The position numbers and the translations under genes are program-made. The notes beneath the pieces were generated by a model. It made no database searches. It saw nothing but the letters and a program-made list of their open reading frames with translations, and was not told the DNA's origin. A stretch of 64,000 nt of DNA from the NCBI RefSeq assembly GCF_009914755.1, contig NC_060926.1; one strand, 5' to 3'. Position 1 is the first letter of the stretch, and every line of letters starts with the position of its first letter. Origin of the DNA: the human T2T-CHM13v2.0 reference genome, Homo sapiens. Shown piece by piece: positions 12,521 to 26,451 of the stretch.

Positions 12521-15500
12521 TGAAAGTTATTACCTCTCACAAGGAAGTGTGAATATTTGTACATGAAATTATTTTCTAATGTAATATAAGATTACTAGGT
12601 TACAGTTTGCAATAAACCATTAATAGGACTTGGGGAAGATCTAATCAGTAGTTAGGCTTTGCTTTACAATTTTTAACTCAATTGTGACTGAATTTTGCTT
12701 TTATTTAATAGCTTTCCTAGTTACATTTTGATTAGCTGTATATATATTTTTTCTTCTTTTGGTTCTCCTAGCTATTAGGAGTGAATATCTGGGAACATGA
12801 ATTCCCTTTCTGCTGAAACACGAACCTACCAATAAAGAGTTAATTAAATTGGCATTGGCAAGATGTTTTCTCCCACCATTAATTGTTCTCTGCTTACTTT
12901 GATGTTCAAGTATTGTACTGTTTTATAAGCATATTTTCTTAATTGTGTCACCTTGTACTATAAGTATGTCAGAGGGGAAACATTTGCAAGTGATTAGATA
13001 TGGACCTATGTGTCACCAAATGTATGAGGTACATACCCTTATAGGATATAATTGTGATCTTTTAATATGTGGCCATTGACCCAGACTTGTTATTATCTAT
13101 TATAGTTTATAATAATGTATCTCTTTATGATTAAATGATGATGCCCGGCAGAACACTATGATTAGCATTTCAGTTATTTATAGATTATGTCAGAGCAGTA
13201 ATAAACATAAAATGCTGTTAATGTGTGGCTAATGAAATCTGGACATGAACAAGTTTATGAATTGATATAATTCATTTGAGTGTTCTAACTGAGCTGCTGG
13301 TTCTTGTCATAATTCAAAAGCTTAGCAGCGTTCACCGATTAGATGGTAGACTAATTTGCTACAAAAAGTCAATGGGCTTTCATCGTCTTGGGCCATCATG
13401 CCCAGCATGGCTGATTGCATAAGGACTATACAAAGTAATTCTCATAAGTATATTTATTATGCTTAATATGTTTGGTGAGGATAGGACAGAATCTACTATT
13501 ACACAACATATGTAGAACAAAAATCACAGTGTTAATTAGATAGCCAAAAAGATATGTACAGCAAAATCATGAAAGGCTAGAGAATTATTTGATTATTACA
13601 GGAGGGAAAAACTGGGATGATTCAGGAGCAAATGCTGATGACAGCTGCAAAATGAGGGTGTCTCCTTTTTTTCTCTTGAGATATTCATTAAGTATATATT
13701 AAATTCTGTTTGACTAGTAATGACTGGAAGCTGCAAGTTGCATATTTCAGGTTGTTTGTACAAGCTCCATGTCTATAGCTAAGTTCGAGTCTCCAAGGAA
13801 GGCTGGCAGTTTGTGTTTCATTTTAATGATGCTAATATATTTGTTGGAAGGGTCTGTTTTTAGACCAAATGTGAAACCATACTTTTTTTTCAGGAAACAG
13901 AATCTGAAGATGTCTCTTCGTTTCTTAGAGATCAATCTTTATGGCTAGATAGAAGACCACTCAGCCTTAGCTTATGAAAAACAAGTTCTAGACTCTCAGC
14001 AGTGTTCGACCCCTTAGCATGGCACACTTGCACAGAACACTGCTAAATAGCCATATCTGATTCCTTTAAGAAATAAGTAGGTTTCAAATGTCATAGAGTA
14101 AAGAGAAATAAAGAGAAATGATGCACAGATTTTCCAGCTTCAGTTTGAATGTACAATAGCTGGTGTCTTCAGAGTTTCTGTTTGTCTAATTTATGTACTA
14201 TTTCCATAATATCAAATGTTTCTTTTTATTAATTCATTAAAGGTCTATAGGGGTCAGAGCAAGGACAAAGGAGAAAATGATTCAAGGTGGCAGATTTTGG
14301 GTCAAATTTATTATTGTTGTTATTATTAAAACCAACACTACTCATGACAGCAGCTTTCCAACAGTAATGATCAATGATTACTTTCTAGCCATGAAGTAAG
14401 TTACCTCTGATGATATGAGCTGTCCCTGGGGATAGTCAAGTAGAGTCTGTATGATTAGATGAATGATAGAAATCCAGGATGGATCAGCATTTTCCAAAGT
14501 GTGTTTTATGGAATGTCAGTACCTTGAAATGCTCTATTTAAAAAAATTGTATTCAAGTTAGTATGGAACACACTACATAGTCCAACATGTGCTCCCACCA
14601 CTCTAATAATCAGTCTAAAATTAATCTGATCTTTAAATCTATGCAACAGACAAGAAATAGTTACGGGACATAGTAGATATTCAAATTTTTTTTTGTGGAG
14701 TGAAAATATTAATTATGACTTTCTGGAAGGTTCTTTATTGGCGATATTATAGCAGTTGTAATGTAAGCCGCAGCTTTTGCATATTAAATACAGTTGATTT
14801 CATTACTTTTCCTGCAGCTGTGGCATAAGGGTAAATTTGTTGTTGTTTTTTTCTTTTTAAAGAGGAAATAGGAAAATATCTCGGAGAATGGAATCTTTCA
14901 CTCCTTGTTGGACAGTTTTTCTTTTAATAGTTAACATTCTCTCCTGAAACTGTACATTTCTGCAAAATCTGCTGGGGCAGATGCATAGACCCTCTCAGAG
15001 TTCAATGAGCGTAGAGTGAAGGGCCTTTGTACCTGGAGGGGTGAGAGAGAACAGAAAGATTAGTGAGGTCTGAAAATGGGAACAGGTTATGAAGACCCGA
15101 TGCAGGGTGAGGAACATGGTACTGGCTGGGAGGCCACACTCTGCAGCCTGGCTCTCCTGTTTTCTTTCATGGTATTCCTTCTGCTTAAAAGCCACTTGCT
15201 CTTCTTTTTTTTTCTCTTTCTTATGTAAGGAAATTATATTTTCCTTTAATACCAAGCACAAAACAAACATCACTGCCTTTGTGAAGATTTCCTAGGTTCT
15301 CCCTGACCCTTATTGTATTCCTATACTGTAACTGTATATGTACCATTACTGCTTTACCAATCATATTGAATTGTAAGTATGTTTATCTCTCTATAAATAT
15401 TTCTTGAGTTTATGAAGAGTAGGATCTGTGTCTTATTCCACTTTATATATGCTACAGTGCCTAGGGAAAAAATGCCTAGTTCATATAATCTCCATGGTGG

Positions 15501-15891
15501 ATGGGCCTGGAAGGAAAACAAGACCACAGGGAGGCCATTCGGCTAAGATGGTATCCTTGAAGCTGTGAGTCCCAATCTTCGAAGACTGGCTGTATAAAAT
15601 GACCCAGAGTTTTATATATATATATAATTTCAACTGGGAAGGCTTGTAAGCTTGAATTGGGAAAACAAACAAAAACAAATAACATGAAACACATAATTTC
15701 CCAGGGAATTGAGTTCCCTGTTTTAGGTCAAGAGGCCTCAAACATTAACTTTAAGGCCCAGTGTATCATCAGGAAGTGTAGTCCTGAGAAGTAAGTGTAA
15801 ACCTGAGGAGAACTGGAGCTCATCCAGCATTGAGGTTTCTCCTTTATTTACCTATGGCTGGAAGATTTTACTAATCCCTTAAAAAGGAAAT

Positions 15892-16351
15892 AATCACAAT
15901 AGCAAAGACATGAAATCAACCCAAATGCCCATCAATGATAGACTGCATAAAGAAAATGTGGTAATATACACCGTAGAATACTATGCAACCATAAAAAGGA
16001 ACAGAATCATGTTCTTTGCAGGGGCACGGAAATTGCTAGAAGCTGTTTTCCTCAGAAAACTAACACAGGAACAGAAAACCATACACTGCATGTTCTCACT
16101 TATAAGTGGGAGCTGAATGATGAGAACACGTGGATACATGGTGGGGAACAATACACACTGGGGCTTGTTGGGGGTGGGGGGTCGGTGAAGGGAGAGCATT
16201 GGGAAGAATAGCTAAGGGATTCTGGGTTTAATATGTAGGTGATCGGTTGATCTGTGTAGCAAACCACCATGGCACACGTTCACCTATGTAACATACCTGC
16301 ACATGTACCCCGGAACTTAAAAGTTGAAGGAAAAAAAAAAAAGAAAAAAAA
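15892..16351 (+). mobile_element. 5'-truncated L1PA (about L1PA10-11) 3' end with poly(A) tail
   Basis: 'cacaatagcaaagacatg...aactaacacaggaacagaaaacc...gttctcacttataagtgggagc...gcaaaccaccatggcacacg', G-rich tract, A-tail 16331-16351. Confidence 0.9.
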
Positions 16352-16444
16352 CAAGGAGGTGATCAACAGAGAAATACACCTGAGAAGGATATACATTCAT
16401 ATATATATATATGTGTGTGTGTTTGTGTGTGTATATATATATGT

Positions 16445-17083
<639 letters not shown>

Positions 17084-17234
17084 ATATATGTATGTGGATA
17101 TGAGTGTGAATGTGTGTCTGTGGGTATGCGTGTGTGTATATTAAATAAAATGTTTATATACATGTATGTCTTTGTTTATTGCTTGATAAAACTATATAAT
17201 ATTCACCCATAGTGTTTCTCACTTATAAGTGGGA

Positions 17235-17484
17235 GCTTTATCATCAAATACAACTGAAAACTGCACCAGACTTATTTGGAAATGGAAGGCTGGACCTCAT
17301 TCTTGTATGCATTGGTAGGGCATGCCTTCTGTATCATTTGGAATCCAGGTACTTACACTGATGAGGCCCCTTATGACATGGACTTCTCTTCACACAACAT
17401 ATTTTTTTAGAAGTAAATCTCATAATGCAAATATATTTGTATTTAAATTTAGATGTGCTTATGTTTTAATTTTTAAAAAGCTAA
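17235..17484 (+). repeat. 250-bp local duplication, copy A (probably derived) of 21465-21714
   Basis: Direct comparison gives 248/250 identity; mismatches at 17364/21594 (A/G) and 17405/21635 (T/C). Confidence 0.95.
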
Positions 17485-19139
17485 TAGGGTAATAGTGTTT
17501 TGCTGTGCTAAATCAGTAAAGCTCAATTTGGGAAATTCCCTATTGCTATACCATAGAATTCAACCGGGCCTCAAAGGTAGTAATAAAGGATCATGAGCTA
17601 TTTACAATATTTCTAAGAGCTTAATGGAAATTGTAGGTTTACCTGTGATAGAACTGCCTATGCTGACTTAGATGACAAGTTTCTTGCTTCTGGTTTTAAT
17701 GACATCAACTTAATGTGGTACTGTTGATTTGCTCATAGTGTTCTAGATTGAAGACAGAAACAGCTATAGAGTCATGTATAGTGTCTTCTTACCTGACTTA
17801 TTTGGGACTGAATGTTGTTCAAATTATTATAAACATAAATAAAATCAAGAGTCTTAAAAATAATATCTATTGAAGCACTTTATTTAAATTTAAAACTCTG
17901 AGTGGGGGACCAGTGATTGAGATTCTGTATAACTCTTTTTGTATAAAGTATACCAGTGATCTATTCTTTATGATGATCAATTTCAAATTCTTTAAAGTGA
18001 AGTGAAAACTTACAGGTGGATGCTCTGAAGAAATACGAAAGCAAAATCCTTCAGTTTTTTTATTTTTTATTTTTTTTAACAACTTTTCCTAATCAGTAGT
18101 GGCTTTTCCCAGAACTAAAACTTCAGCATTTATGTATGGTGGTGGTGGTGGCTTGGGGGTAGCTCAGGTTTACCTATTTTTCCCAAATAGGTAATGTAGT
18201 TTCATGAGACACAGTAAGTCTTTCTTTTTGCGCTATGTTTCATCGTTTCGTGGACTTTTAAGAGAGCTTTTACACATACATGTATATACATACATATTTG
18301 CTTTACAAAATATTTAAAATTATCATGACTTAATACATGCCACTTGTATAGTTGATAGAGCCTTTGAAAAAAACAGGAGTTAATAAGATCTTTGAAAGAA
18401 GAAAGTAAAAAGTAATAATAATAATGAATCCCTTGATTCCAGAGACCTAGTTTTGAAAAAACGTTCTTGAAGTTTTTCAATTAGAAGTAGCTGACCAACA
18501 GGTTATGGTTCAGGTAGCTGGATGAGGACAAATTCTGCTTCAGTTTGTCAAATTCTGGTTAGAGAGATACTCTACATGCAGCTAATGTTATATAGGAAGT
18601 GTCTCCTCTGATTGGGGCAGGCAGGAATCTAGGTCCTACAAATTGTCTTAATATATGATCTTTTACAGTAGCATTTTGCATTTACAGAATAAAATACTTT
18701 CAACATTTTATCAGGTTCTTCATAAAATTCTGTTTGTTTTTTTTCTCATAATACATGCTAGGAAGTTCCTGTCTGCCTCCTATGTCAGCTAAAATTTCAT
18801 TTTACATCTAATCATAACTTCAGATTTGATGCCTTTACTAAAGGGTCTTAGTAGGTCTTTATTGAAGGCCTTTTCTGTATTCCAGATTTAGTCATTAAAA
18901 TATTACAATTCTGCCCATTCCATTAGAGGAATATCCATTTACAATAAGTAGGGCCAAACAATGAGGTCTCAGTGGGCCATGAGGCTGTTTGCCTGTTCTA
19001 ATTCAGAGTCCTTTAACTATAAACTAAGCAATTTTGCTGTGATGTAACATGTAGGAGAATGTTAGTTACCAACTATTTATGAGTCCTCTGCATTTCCTAG
19101 CATCTGTACATATAGGTGTGTTTATGTGACTAATACTTA

Positions 19140-19490
19140 CTGGTGGAACATGAGTAAAAGCGACATTTCACTCGCAGTCCAGGGCAGTGCAAAGTGGGTG
19201 GAATTTCTATATTTTTGCTCTTCCTCTTTCTCCCTGCCTCTCTTCTTCCCTTTCCTTTTCCCTTTCTCTTTCTCTCTCTCCCTTTATATATTAGAAGTGA
19301 AGATCCTTAGAGGGAGAATTGCAAAATGGAAGTATCCTAAGTCCCTGAGTCCCTGAGCCACCCAGTGGAGGATTATCCAAAACACAAAGCCTGTGTGTGC
19401 ATAGGTATACAGGTATGTGTGGAGGGGTTAAGCTGCTGAAATTTTAGGGTTTGTTACCACAGCATATATTAGCCTGTCCTGAATGATAGA
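19140..19490 (+). mobile_element. MLT1 (I/J-like) LTR fragment
   Basis: 'aaaatggaagtatcctaagtccctgag', and 'ttaagctgctgaaattttagggtttgttaccacagcat...tagcctgtcctga', which is a typical MLT1 3' end. Confidence 0.6.
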
Positions 19491-19757
19491 ATGGTTCACT
19501 GTAGCTTAATTCATTAAAGGAACCAGAAGAATTTTAGCTTAGTATGCTCTTTCCTATAACATATTTTTATAGTACAATACTACTAAAGTATACACTGATG
19601 AATCAGATCCAAAAAATGAATAGCTATCTGTTTTTGTTTCTGCAAAGACTTGCTGTGATTATACAGATAATCAAAGTAGAAATTAAAAATTGAGCCGTTG
19701 TGCAAAAACCAGCAGCAATAGTCTTGGCATCCTCTCTCTCTGCCTCTTCAGCTCATG

Positions 19758-19990
19758 ACATTTATTTGGTGCTTAGTAGTTTCCAGGTATTGTCTAACAG
19801 TTTTACCTGGATAATCTAAATCAATCCTCACAGTAACCCTGTGAGACAGGTAGCATTATTTTTCTCATTCTACATATCAGGAAACTGAAGCCCAAAGAGG
19901 TAAATTGCCCAAGGTAACATTGCTGGTAAGTGAAGAGGGGGAGATATGAAACTCAGAGTATGCTGCCAGAACCTGTATGCTTAACCTGTA
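19758..19990 (-). mobile_element. MIR SINE
   Basis: 'aatcctcacagtaaccctgtgag..aggta..attatt...ggaaactgaagcccaaagagg...ttgcccaaggtaaca'. Confidence 0.85.
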
Positions 19991-20604
19991 TGTTTATATA
20001 AAGCAGAGTTTTTAAAAATGATATTCATAATTGTGGATTTGTAGGTTCATAAACATAGTGTGTTGCATGTAGCCAGTACTCCAAAAATATTGATTCATTT
20101 CTTGATGAAGGACTTCCAGAATCCAACTGTTTATGGTCTCTGTATTGGTAAGATTTAGGGCCATGAATAGCACCCCTGTATTCAAGGCAAAGGAAATACC
20201 TCTTTTTGCAACTTACCTTCATTTGGCATGTTCTTCCTTGCTTAGAAATTCTGGTGGTCCCTTGAACCCAGAGACAGCAAATGTTCAGAGCTCCTATGAG
20301 AGTGGAAGATTATGTGTAGACTGAATTTGAAGAGCCATATACCACAGAAAAATGTTCATCCTTTACTGTACAAATTATCTTAAAATATCCCATACTCATC
20401 TCCAGAGCTTGAGTGTGTTCCTTAGCCTTGTTTGCAGGTTCTGCTGATATAACTTCATTTCCTATTCTCTCTAGATCACAAACACTTTATAAAACAAAAG
20501 AATTGCTATAAATGATGTCTAGGATGTGTTCTTTTGACTGCCAGGCAGATCATATAACTGTATCCACCACCCATCTTTATTACTCTTTCTATAGTTCCTT
20601 TTCC

Positions 20605-20800
20605 TATAATGGTAAAGAATGCTCAAACATTAGGGTTAGATAGACCTGGATTTGCATCCAATCTATACTATTTAATGGAAGTTTGTCTGTGGGAAACTTG
20701 TTACTAAATTCCTCCAAGCCCCATATCTCTCAACTGTAAAACAAGTATAATCACATTGACTTAGTAAAGCTTGGCCTGTAATAGATTCTCAATGAATGGC
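20605..20800 (+). mobile_element. MIR fragment
   Basis: 'atggtaaagaatgc...agacctggatttgcatcc...ctcaactgtaaaac'. Confidence 0.55.
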
Positions 20801-21464
20801 AACTTCCTTCACCTGTTAGCTTCTTTCTCTGTCTCTATATATGCCATATGTCAAGGCCTGGCTTTAATTTCATCTCCACCTTGAAGTCTTCTCTGGTGAA
20901 GTCTACTTTATTTTTTTTTCACCACTTCTCAATTTGCTTTTGCACTTATTTTCCTGTGCTTACAAGTCATCCTTTATTATAACTGATATATGAGCTGACA
21001 CCTAAAATCAAATCTTGTTTAGCCATTCTTTTGTTGATTTCGATTGTCCAGCTAGTATGCATATTGAGGGTAAGAAGGCCTTTTCTCCTGCATTTCCTAT
21101 AGAGCTGGGCACACAATAGTTAGTCAATACATAGTTCTTTTAATTGATTGTCAACTTGTTTATCCTTGCTATAAACCAGCATGAGAAGAGGGGCGCAAGT
21201 CAATTTAACAACTACTTAATTATTTTCAATTAGATGCTGCATTGCGGAGAAATAGGGAACCCCCCCAAATGAGGAAAAAGTTGTGATGCAGAAAAAAAAT
21301 GAGTGCAAAATAACTACTGCCATGTAATTTGAGAAATAGAAACACAGGGCATCCAAAAGATGGGGAAAAAATACATCTGGTTTGGAAAATTAGAAAAAAT
21401 GAATGATATTGTTTCTATTACAATGGACACTGTCAGTTGCATTTTATCCATCTCGAGTTCAACT

Positions 21465-21714
21465 GCTTTATCATCAAATACAACTGAAAACTGCACCAGA
21501 CTTATTTGGAAATGGAAGGCTGGACCTCATTCTTGTATGCATTGGTAGGGCATGCCTTCTGTATCATTTGGAATCCAGGTACTTACACTGATGGGGCCCC
21601 TTATGACATGGACTTCTCTTCACACAACATATTTCTTTAGAAGTAAATCTCATAATGCAAATATATTTGTATTTAAATTTAGATGTGCTTATGTTTTAAT
21701 TTTTAAAAAGCTAA
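21465..21714 (+). repeat. 250-bp local duplication, copy B (probable donor)
   Basis: 248/250 identical to 17235-17484, 4230 bp downstream of it. Confidence 0.95.
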
Positions 21715-23909
21715 CAGATGTGTAGAATGGAAAAGTGAAGAGTACACTTTAAAAAAATCATCTGTGATCATTCCAGTGCCCATGCAGAGGTGTTTAACAT
21801 TCCTCCCTCTGCACATCTCTCTGACCCAACACGACTCTGTGAGCATTTGCTCCCTTATCTCTCCCATCAGCCTCTGTTCAGTTACCTTTCAGTATCGTTC
21901 ACACTATACATAGTCTTTTACCAAGGAACATAAATCTTTTTCCTGTCTCAACAAAAAAGTGCTTGGTGTAATCATGCACCACCAGCACTAGCCACATTTT
22001 GCTGATCCTTTTTTTTTTTTTTATTTTAAACTACTAGGAATTAAATTAGTTTTGCCATATTGTTCCCACGAATAATTTTTGTCTCCCCTTTGAAGATAAA
22101 CTATACCTTCTTCCTTTTCTTTATTGAGTTAGGGGGAAAAAGATTTGAAAAGATTTGTAATTAAACTTATTACACACTTCAATAAACTAATCTATCATGA
22201 ATCACTCTTTAACAAATTTGACATCTGTAATAAAACTTTGCTTTTACATACTTCTTTATGTCAGCCCAGATCTTTTAATATTCTTAGTGAGGGAGCCAAA
22301 ATAATGATAGACTCTTTGTCAGTACAATTAGCATAAATGCCCTGAATAATTGGAAAACATCTACACTTTAAACTTCACTGTGGCCCATTTTGTCTTAGCA
22401 TTTTGATCTTTCTTTTTTCGCGGGAGGAGGAATAAGCCAGTATGTTCCTCTTTTCTTGATCCTAATGTGAAATTCTGTTTCTGCATATCTAAATACATAT
22501 CTGACTCAACCCCTTAGAAACTTTGCCCACATCTTTATCTCCTTCCCCATTCACTAGCTTCCCCACTCTGTAAAGTTAAAAAGAATTATGAGTGTCAGCC
22601 AAGAGAATGCTGGGCTGCGGAAGTGTGTGATTTGAAGATGTTGATGATAAGCACGGAGAATTACAACTACCCTCTTTAACTAGAATGCCATGTGTTTTCC
22701 TCACCACCTACAAAATCCCACTGGCAACTTAGAGGCATAGTGTTTTGTTTGGGTCTGTATCTTACTTTTCAATATGCTGTAATAGAGCAAGCATGTTCAA
22801 TATATGAGGCAATTAATTTAAAAAATATTTAGCTCATGTACTTTGGAAAGAAATCAGCTCAATTCAGAAATATTATAACAGTTCTAAAATCCCACTCTCT
22901 AAGACAAAAGAGGGCTAATTCAGAGTCTGAATAACGAAGATTGTTAAGAGATGTGTTACCTAAAATGCCGGTGAGATTAATTTCTTCAGCAACTTTCAGG
23001 ATACTTGACAGCCTTTACACAAATAAATATAAGAGCTATTTTACATAATAGGTAGTTAATATATGGAATGCAGTACCTAAAGTAAAAGAAAAATAGCTTT
23101 ATAATAGATTTAATTTTATTCACTAATTTGAAGTTGATTCTGTAGAGAACCACTACACCGTCCTATAAAAATACTCCCCACCCTTAGTTTTATAGCTAGA
23201 AAGAGGGTACTGAACTAAATTGACAGTGGTTAAGTATTGTGGTTTATTTATTCTGTTATTTTCAGTTAGTTATTAAGAGACTTGCTAATAATTCTTGTCT
23301 CATTTATTGTGTCTTTATGGAATGTTTTTAGAGTACAAATGGGTGTTTAATTTTTCATAAGAATCTTTGAATTTATAAACAAAACATTTTAAAGATGGAT
23401 CTAAAATTAAGGTGGCTTTAAACTCTGTACTAGCTGTAAGGCATCAATGTCTATAAACAAAGTCAGTCCAGGTGCTATTTAGAGTTAGGGTTCATCAGTA
23501 AGCACAGGTTTACTCAAATTTTCTTTTCTTCTTTCTTCAAAGTATAATGAAAATGGTCAAGAGCTATGCATCAAACACATTGTTAGATGCTTAGGGACAT
23601 AGCAAATTGGTAGAAAATAAAATTTCTCCCCACAAGATTTCCAATCTGATTACAGAGAAGGCCCAAAGCATAGTGGATTATGATCCAGCTACAAGTGGCA
23701 CATCCAAACAGAATTAGGAGGAGGAACAATGATTTGGTGTAAAGTAGTTTAAAAACAAATTCTGGAGAAGGAAGAATGTGAACCAGGTCGAGGAGGAAGA
23801 GTAGGTAGGAAACATTGCAATGCAGGGCAGAAGAGAGCAGAGTGAAGTGGCATGCAAACAGTATAAGGAAAATGTGTAGGCATGGATTGTCATGAATACG
23901 GGAATGATG

Positions 23910-24070
23910 AAAAGAACTCTGGACTAAAATCAGAAGAGGTAAGTTTTAAATATTGCCTCTGATATTCTGCTTGTCCATCTATAAAATGGGAATATTTATA
24001 CCTACTTTGAATGTCATACAGAGGAGTTTATGGCTGAAAAATATACTTGTGAAAGTGTCTTGTAAGTTGT
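23910..24070 (+). mobile_element. MIR fragment
   Basis: 'aaagaactctggactaaaatcagaag', 'catctataaaatgggaata', 'tgtgaaagtgtcttgtaa'. Confidence 0.6.
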
Positions 24071-25856
24071 AGATCTGAGTTTTATTGTTGTGTTCATTGT
24101 TATGCGTATGATGTTTGTGGAAGCAGGGTTGGAGAGAAGTGGAACAGGAGGCCTAAGAAAGCCATTGCCAGTGGAGAGGAATTTAGACTTGCTTCAGGAG
24201 ATAGAACTAGCCACAGGAAAAATTATGAAGTTCAATTAAATTCCAGTAATATTTACTGATATTGTAATATGTGGTAGTGGTAGAGATTGGTAGAGATTGA
24301 ATGTGGAGAAGACAGATGTGGGCCCTGCCCTCCCTGAACTTATGATCTTAAGATATTTTCCCCAGCACCCTGTCCTAGTGCCAAACCTACAGAACCTTAA
24401 GCATGACCACAATATTACCCATCTGAAAAGTATTGTCTTAAATCATAACCTCTTGAAGCTTTAAGCATATTGGAAAAAAATGACTAGGTATTACATAACA
24501 TAAAAATGCCAGGTGCTTGGGGAATAATACTAAGCTTTTTACTGAGGAAGTAACACAATACAAATGATATTTGAGGAATATTAGTTAGTTGGGAGTGTGA
24601 AGAGCATATTATTGAGAAGTATAGCCCAGAAATTTACTGCTTCCTGAATATCTGAGTGCTTTTCATATATCCCAGGGTCTTTTCCAACTAGCAGCACCAT
24701 GTTACTAATTCTGGATAATGGGCTGTGAACAGGTGTATTTCATTTCCAGACAACAGTTTTAAGGGTTCGTGCATGGCCATCTAGGTTCTTCTTACCTAGT
24801 ATGGCAACCCAGGAGGTTTCCACTTGTGGTGGCAGAGACCCAAGATGGAAACAACTTGTGTCTCTGAATTACTTAACACAGGGAGCTGCTTTGAAGATAC
24901 TCTTGGAACTGCAGCAGACTCTGTGAGCATGAACTTACCCTCTCTCACCTTAAACTGAGTCCTATCCTGACTCTTCCAGAGAAATAGGCTGCTGACAATA
25001 ACATCTGCTAAATGACAGGAATATTATTTTGGGGATGAGATGATACAGCTTAAGAGCTGGGGAATGCCTTGAATGCTCTGCTTACAGTTCCCAGTCCTTA
25101 CATGTCACTTTCTTCAACCTCTTACCTGTTAAAAGAAGGCTGCAGGTTGAAAACAAATAAAACAGATTTTTTGTTAGTCTTTTCAAGATTATATACAAAA
25201 AATAAAAACAAAGACAGCAAATAAACTGAGAATCAAATCCCAAGGATGGTAGTTTGGTGCATAAAGTTATGTTCTCTGAGGGAAGACATAAATGTTGGAT
25301 TATAATATCTGCACTGGAATATTCCACTGAAGCTTTCTTATGTCCAGGTTTTCTTTTGATGACTAAGTGTGCCAGCAATGACTCTGACATCTACTGCTAT
25401 GTCATGTGGGCTTTGTTTACTGTATGAGCAATTTCTCAATGAAGAGAGGCATTTCAATTATTCCCAGTAGCTGTGTGCCTGTTGACACCTTGATGCTGTA
25501 TAGGAAAGAGTGAGTGAGCTTTAGCCTCTGGAGCCAAACACATTTTATCAAGAAACAGTTTCAGCAATTGACTCTCATCTGGTCATGTTACTTATATCTT
25601 GTTATCTCTCAAGGGCCCTGTAATTAAAGCAGGTGTGTGTCCTCTTAAATTACACATGTGGCAACTGTAGACATTGTAGTAAGTTTTAACGGGAGTCCCT
25701 AATGACCTGCAGATTCAGTAATTACAGTGAAGCCACTGGTGTGAGTGTTTGGCCAGGGAGAGTGTCAAAATGGGCAAATATATTCCAAAGTGATGGGCTT
25801 GAAGGATGTAACCTAACAGAACCAGGAGACTTTTCAAACAAAATCACAAAGATCTC

Positions 25857-25957
25857 TCCCTCCCTCCCTTCCTCCCTTCCTCCCTCCCTCCCTCCTTCCT
25901 TTGTTCCTTCCTTCCTTCCTATTTCCTCCCTCCTTCTCTCTCCTCTCTCCCTCCCTG
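25857..25957. repeat. (CCCT/CCTT)n polypyrimidine simple repeat
   Basis: Read directly. Confidence 0.9.
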
Positions 25958-26451
25958 TCTATAAATAGACTAAAGCAGAATTTGAATTTAGATGTTTTCA
26001 CAATATTCAATGTAACAAGTAAGAGGCCTTCTTGCTATTTTAATAGCTAATATTTTAATAATCAAGTGACCCAAAATTGTTTTTATGGCAGTTTGGAGGC
26101 TACTTTTTATGTCTTAATTGGGTAAAGGTCATGTTCCACAATTCTTGAAAGTTGTGGAAAGGTAAAGACAATTGAGGAGGAAGGAAGAAAGTGTTGAGGT
26201 GAGTGAAAAGAAGGTAAGAAGGAATATGTGACAAACAGGACCCAAAAGGAAGAACCAGAGGAGGAGTGATGGTATTTTTCTTGAGGCAAATGGAGAAGGG
26301 GAAAATAAAGACCTTCCTCTGAATACATGTGTTTTGCGAAGGTAATTCCACCTAAAGAATAGCAGCACTGTGGCTATGTTCAATGTTCTTATATTTACTT
26401 TTTAAGAGGAACATAAAACAACCTTCTCAAGTTATTCTAGAGCAAGAAATA

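Noticed and set aside
15910-16116. ORF resembling the L1 ORF2 C-terminus
   Set aside because: A truncated L1 3' fragment with no promoter or upstream ORF2.
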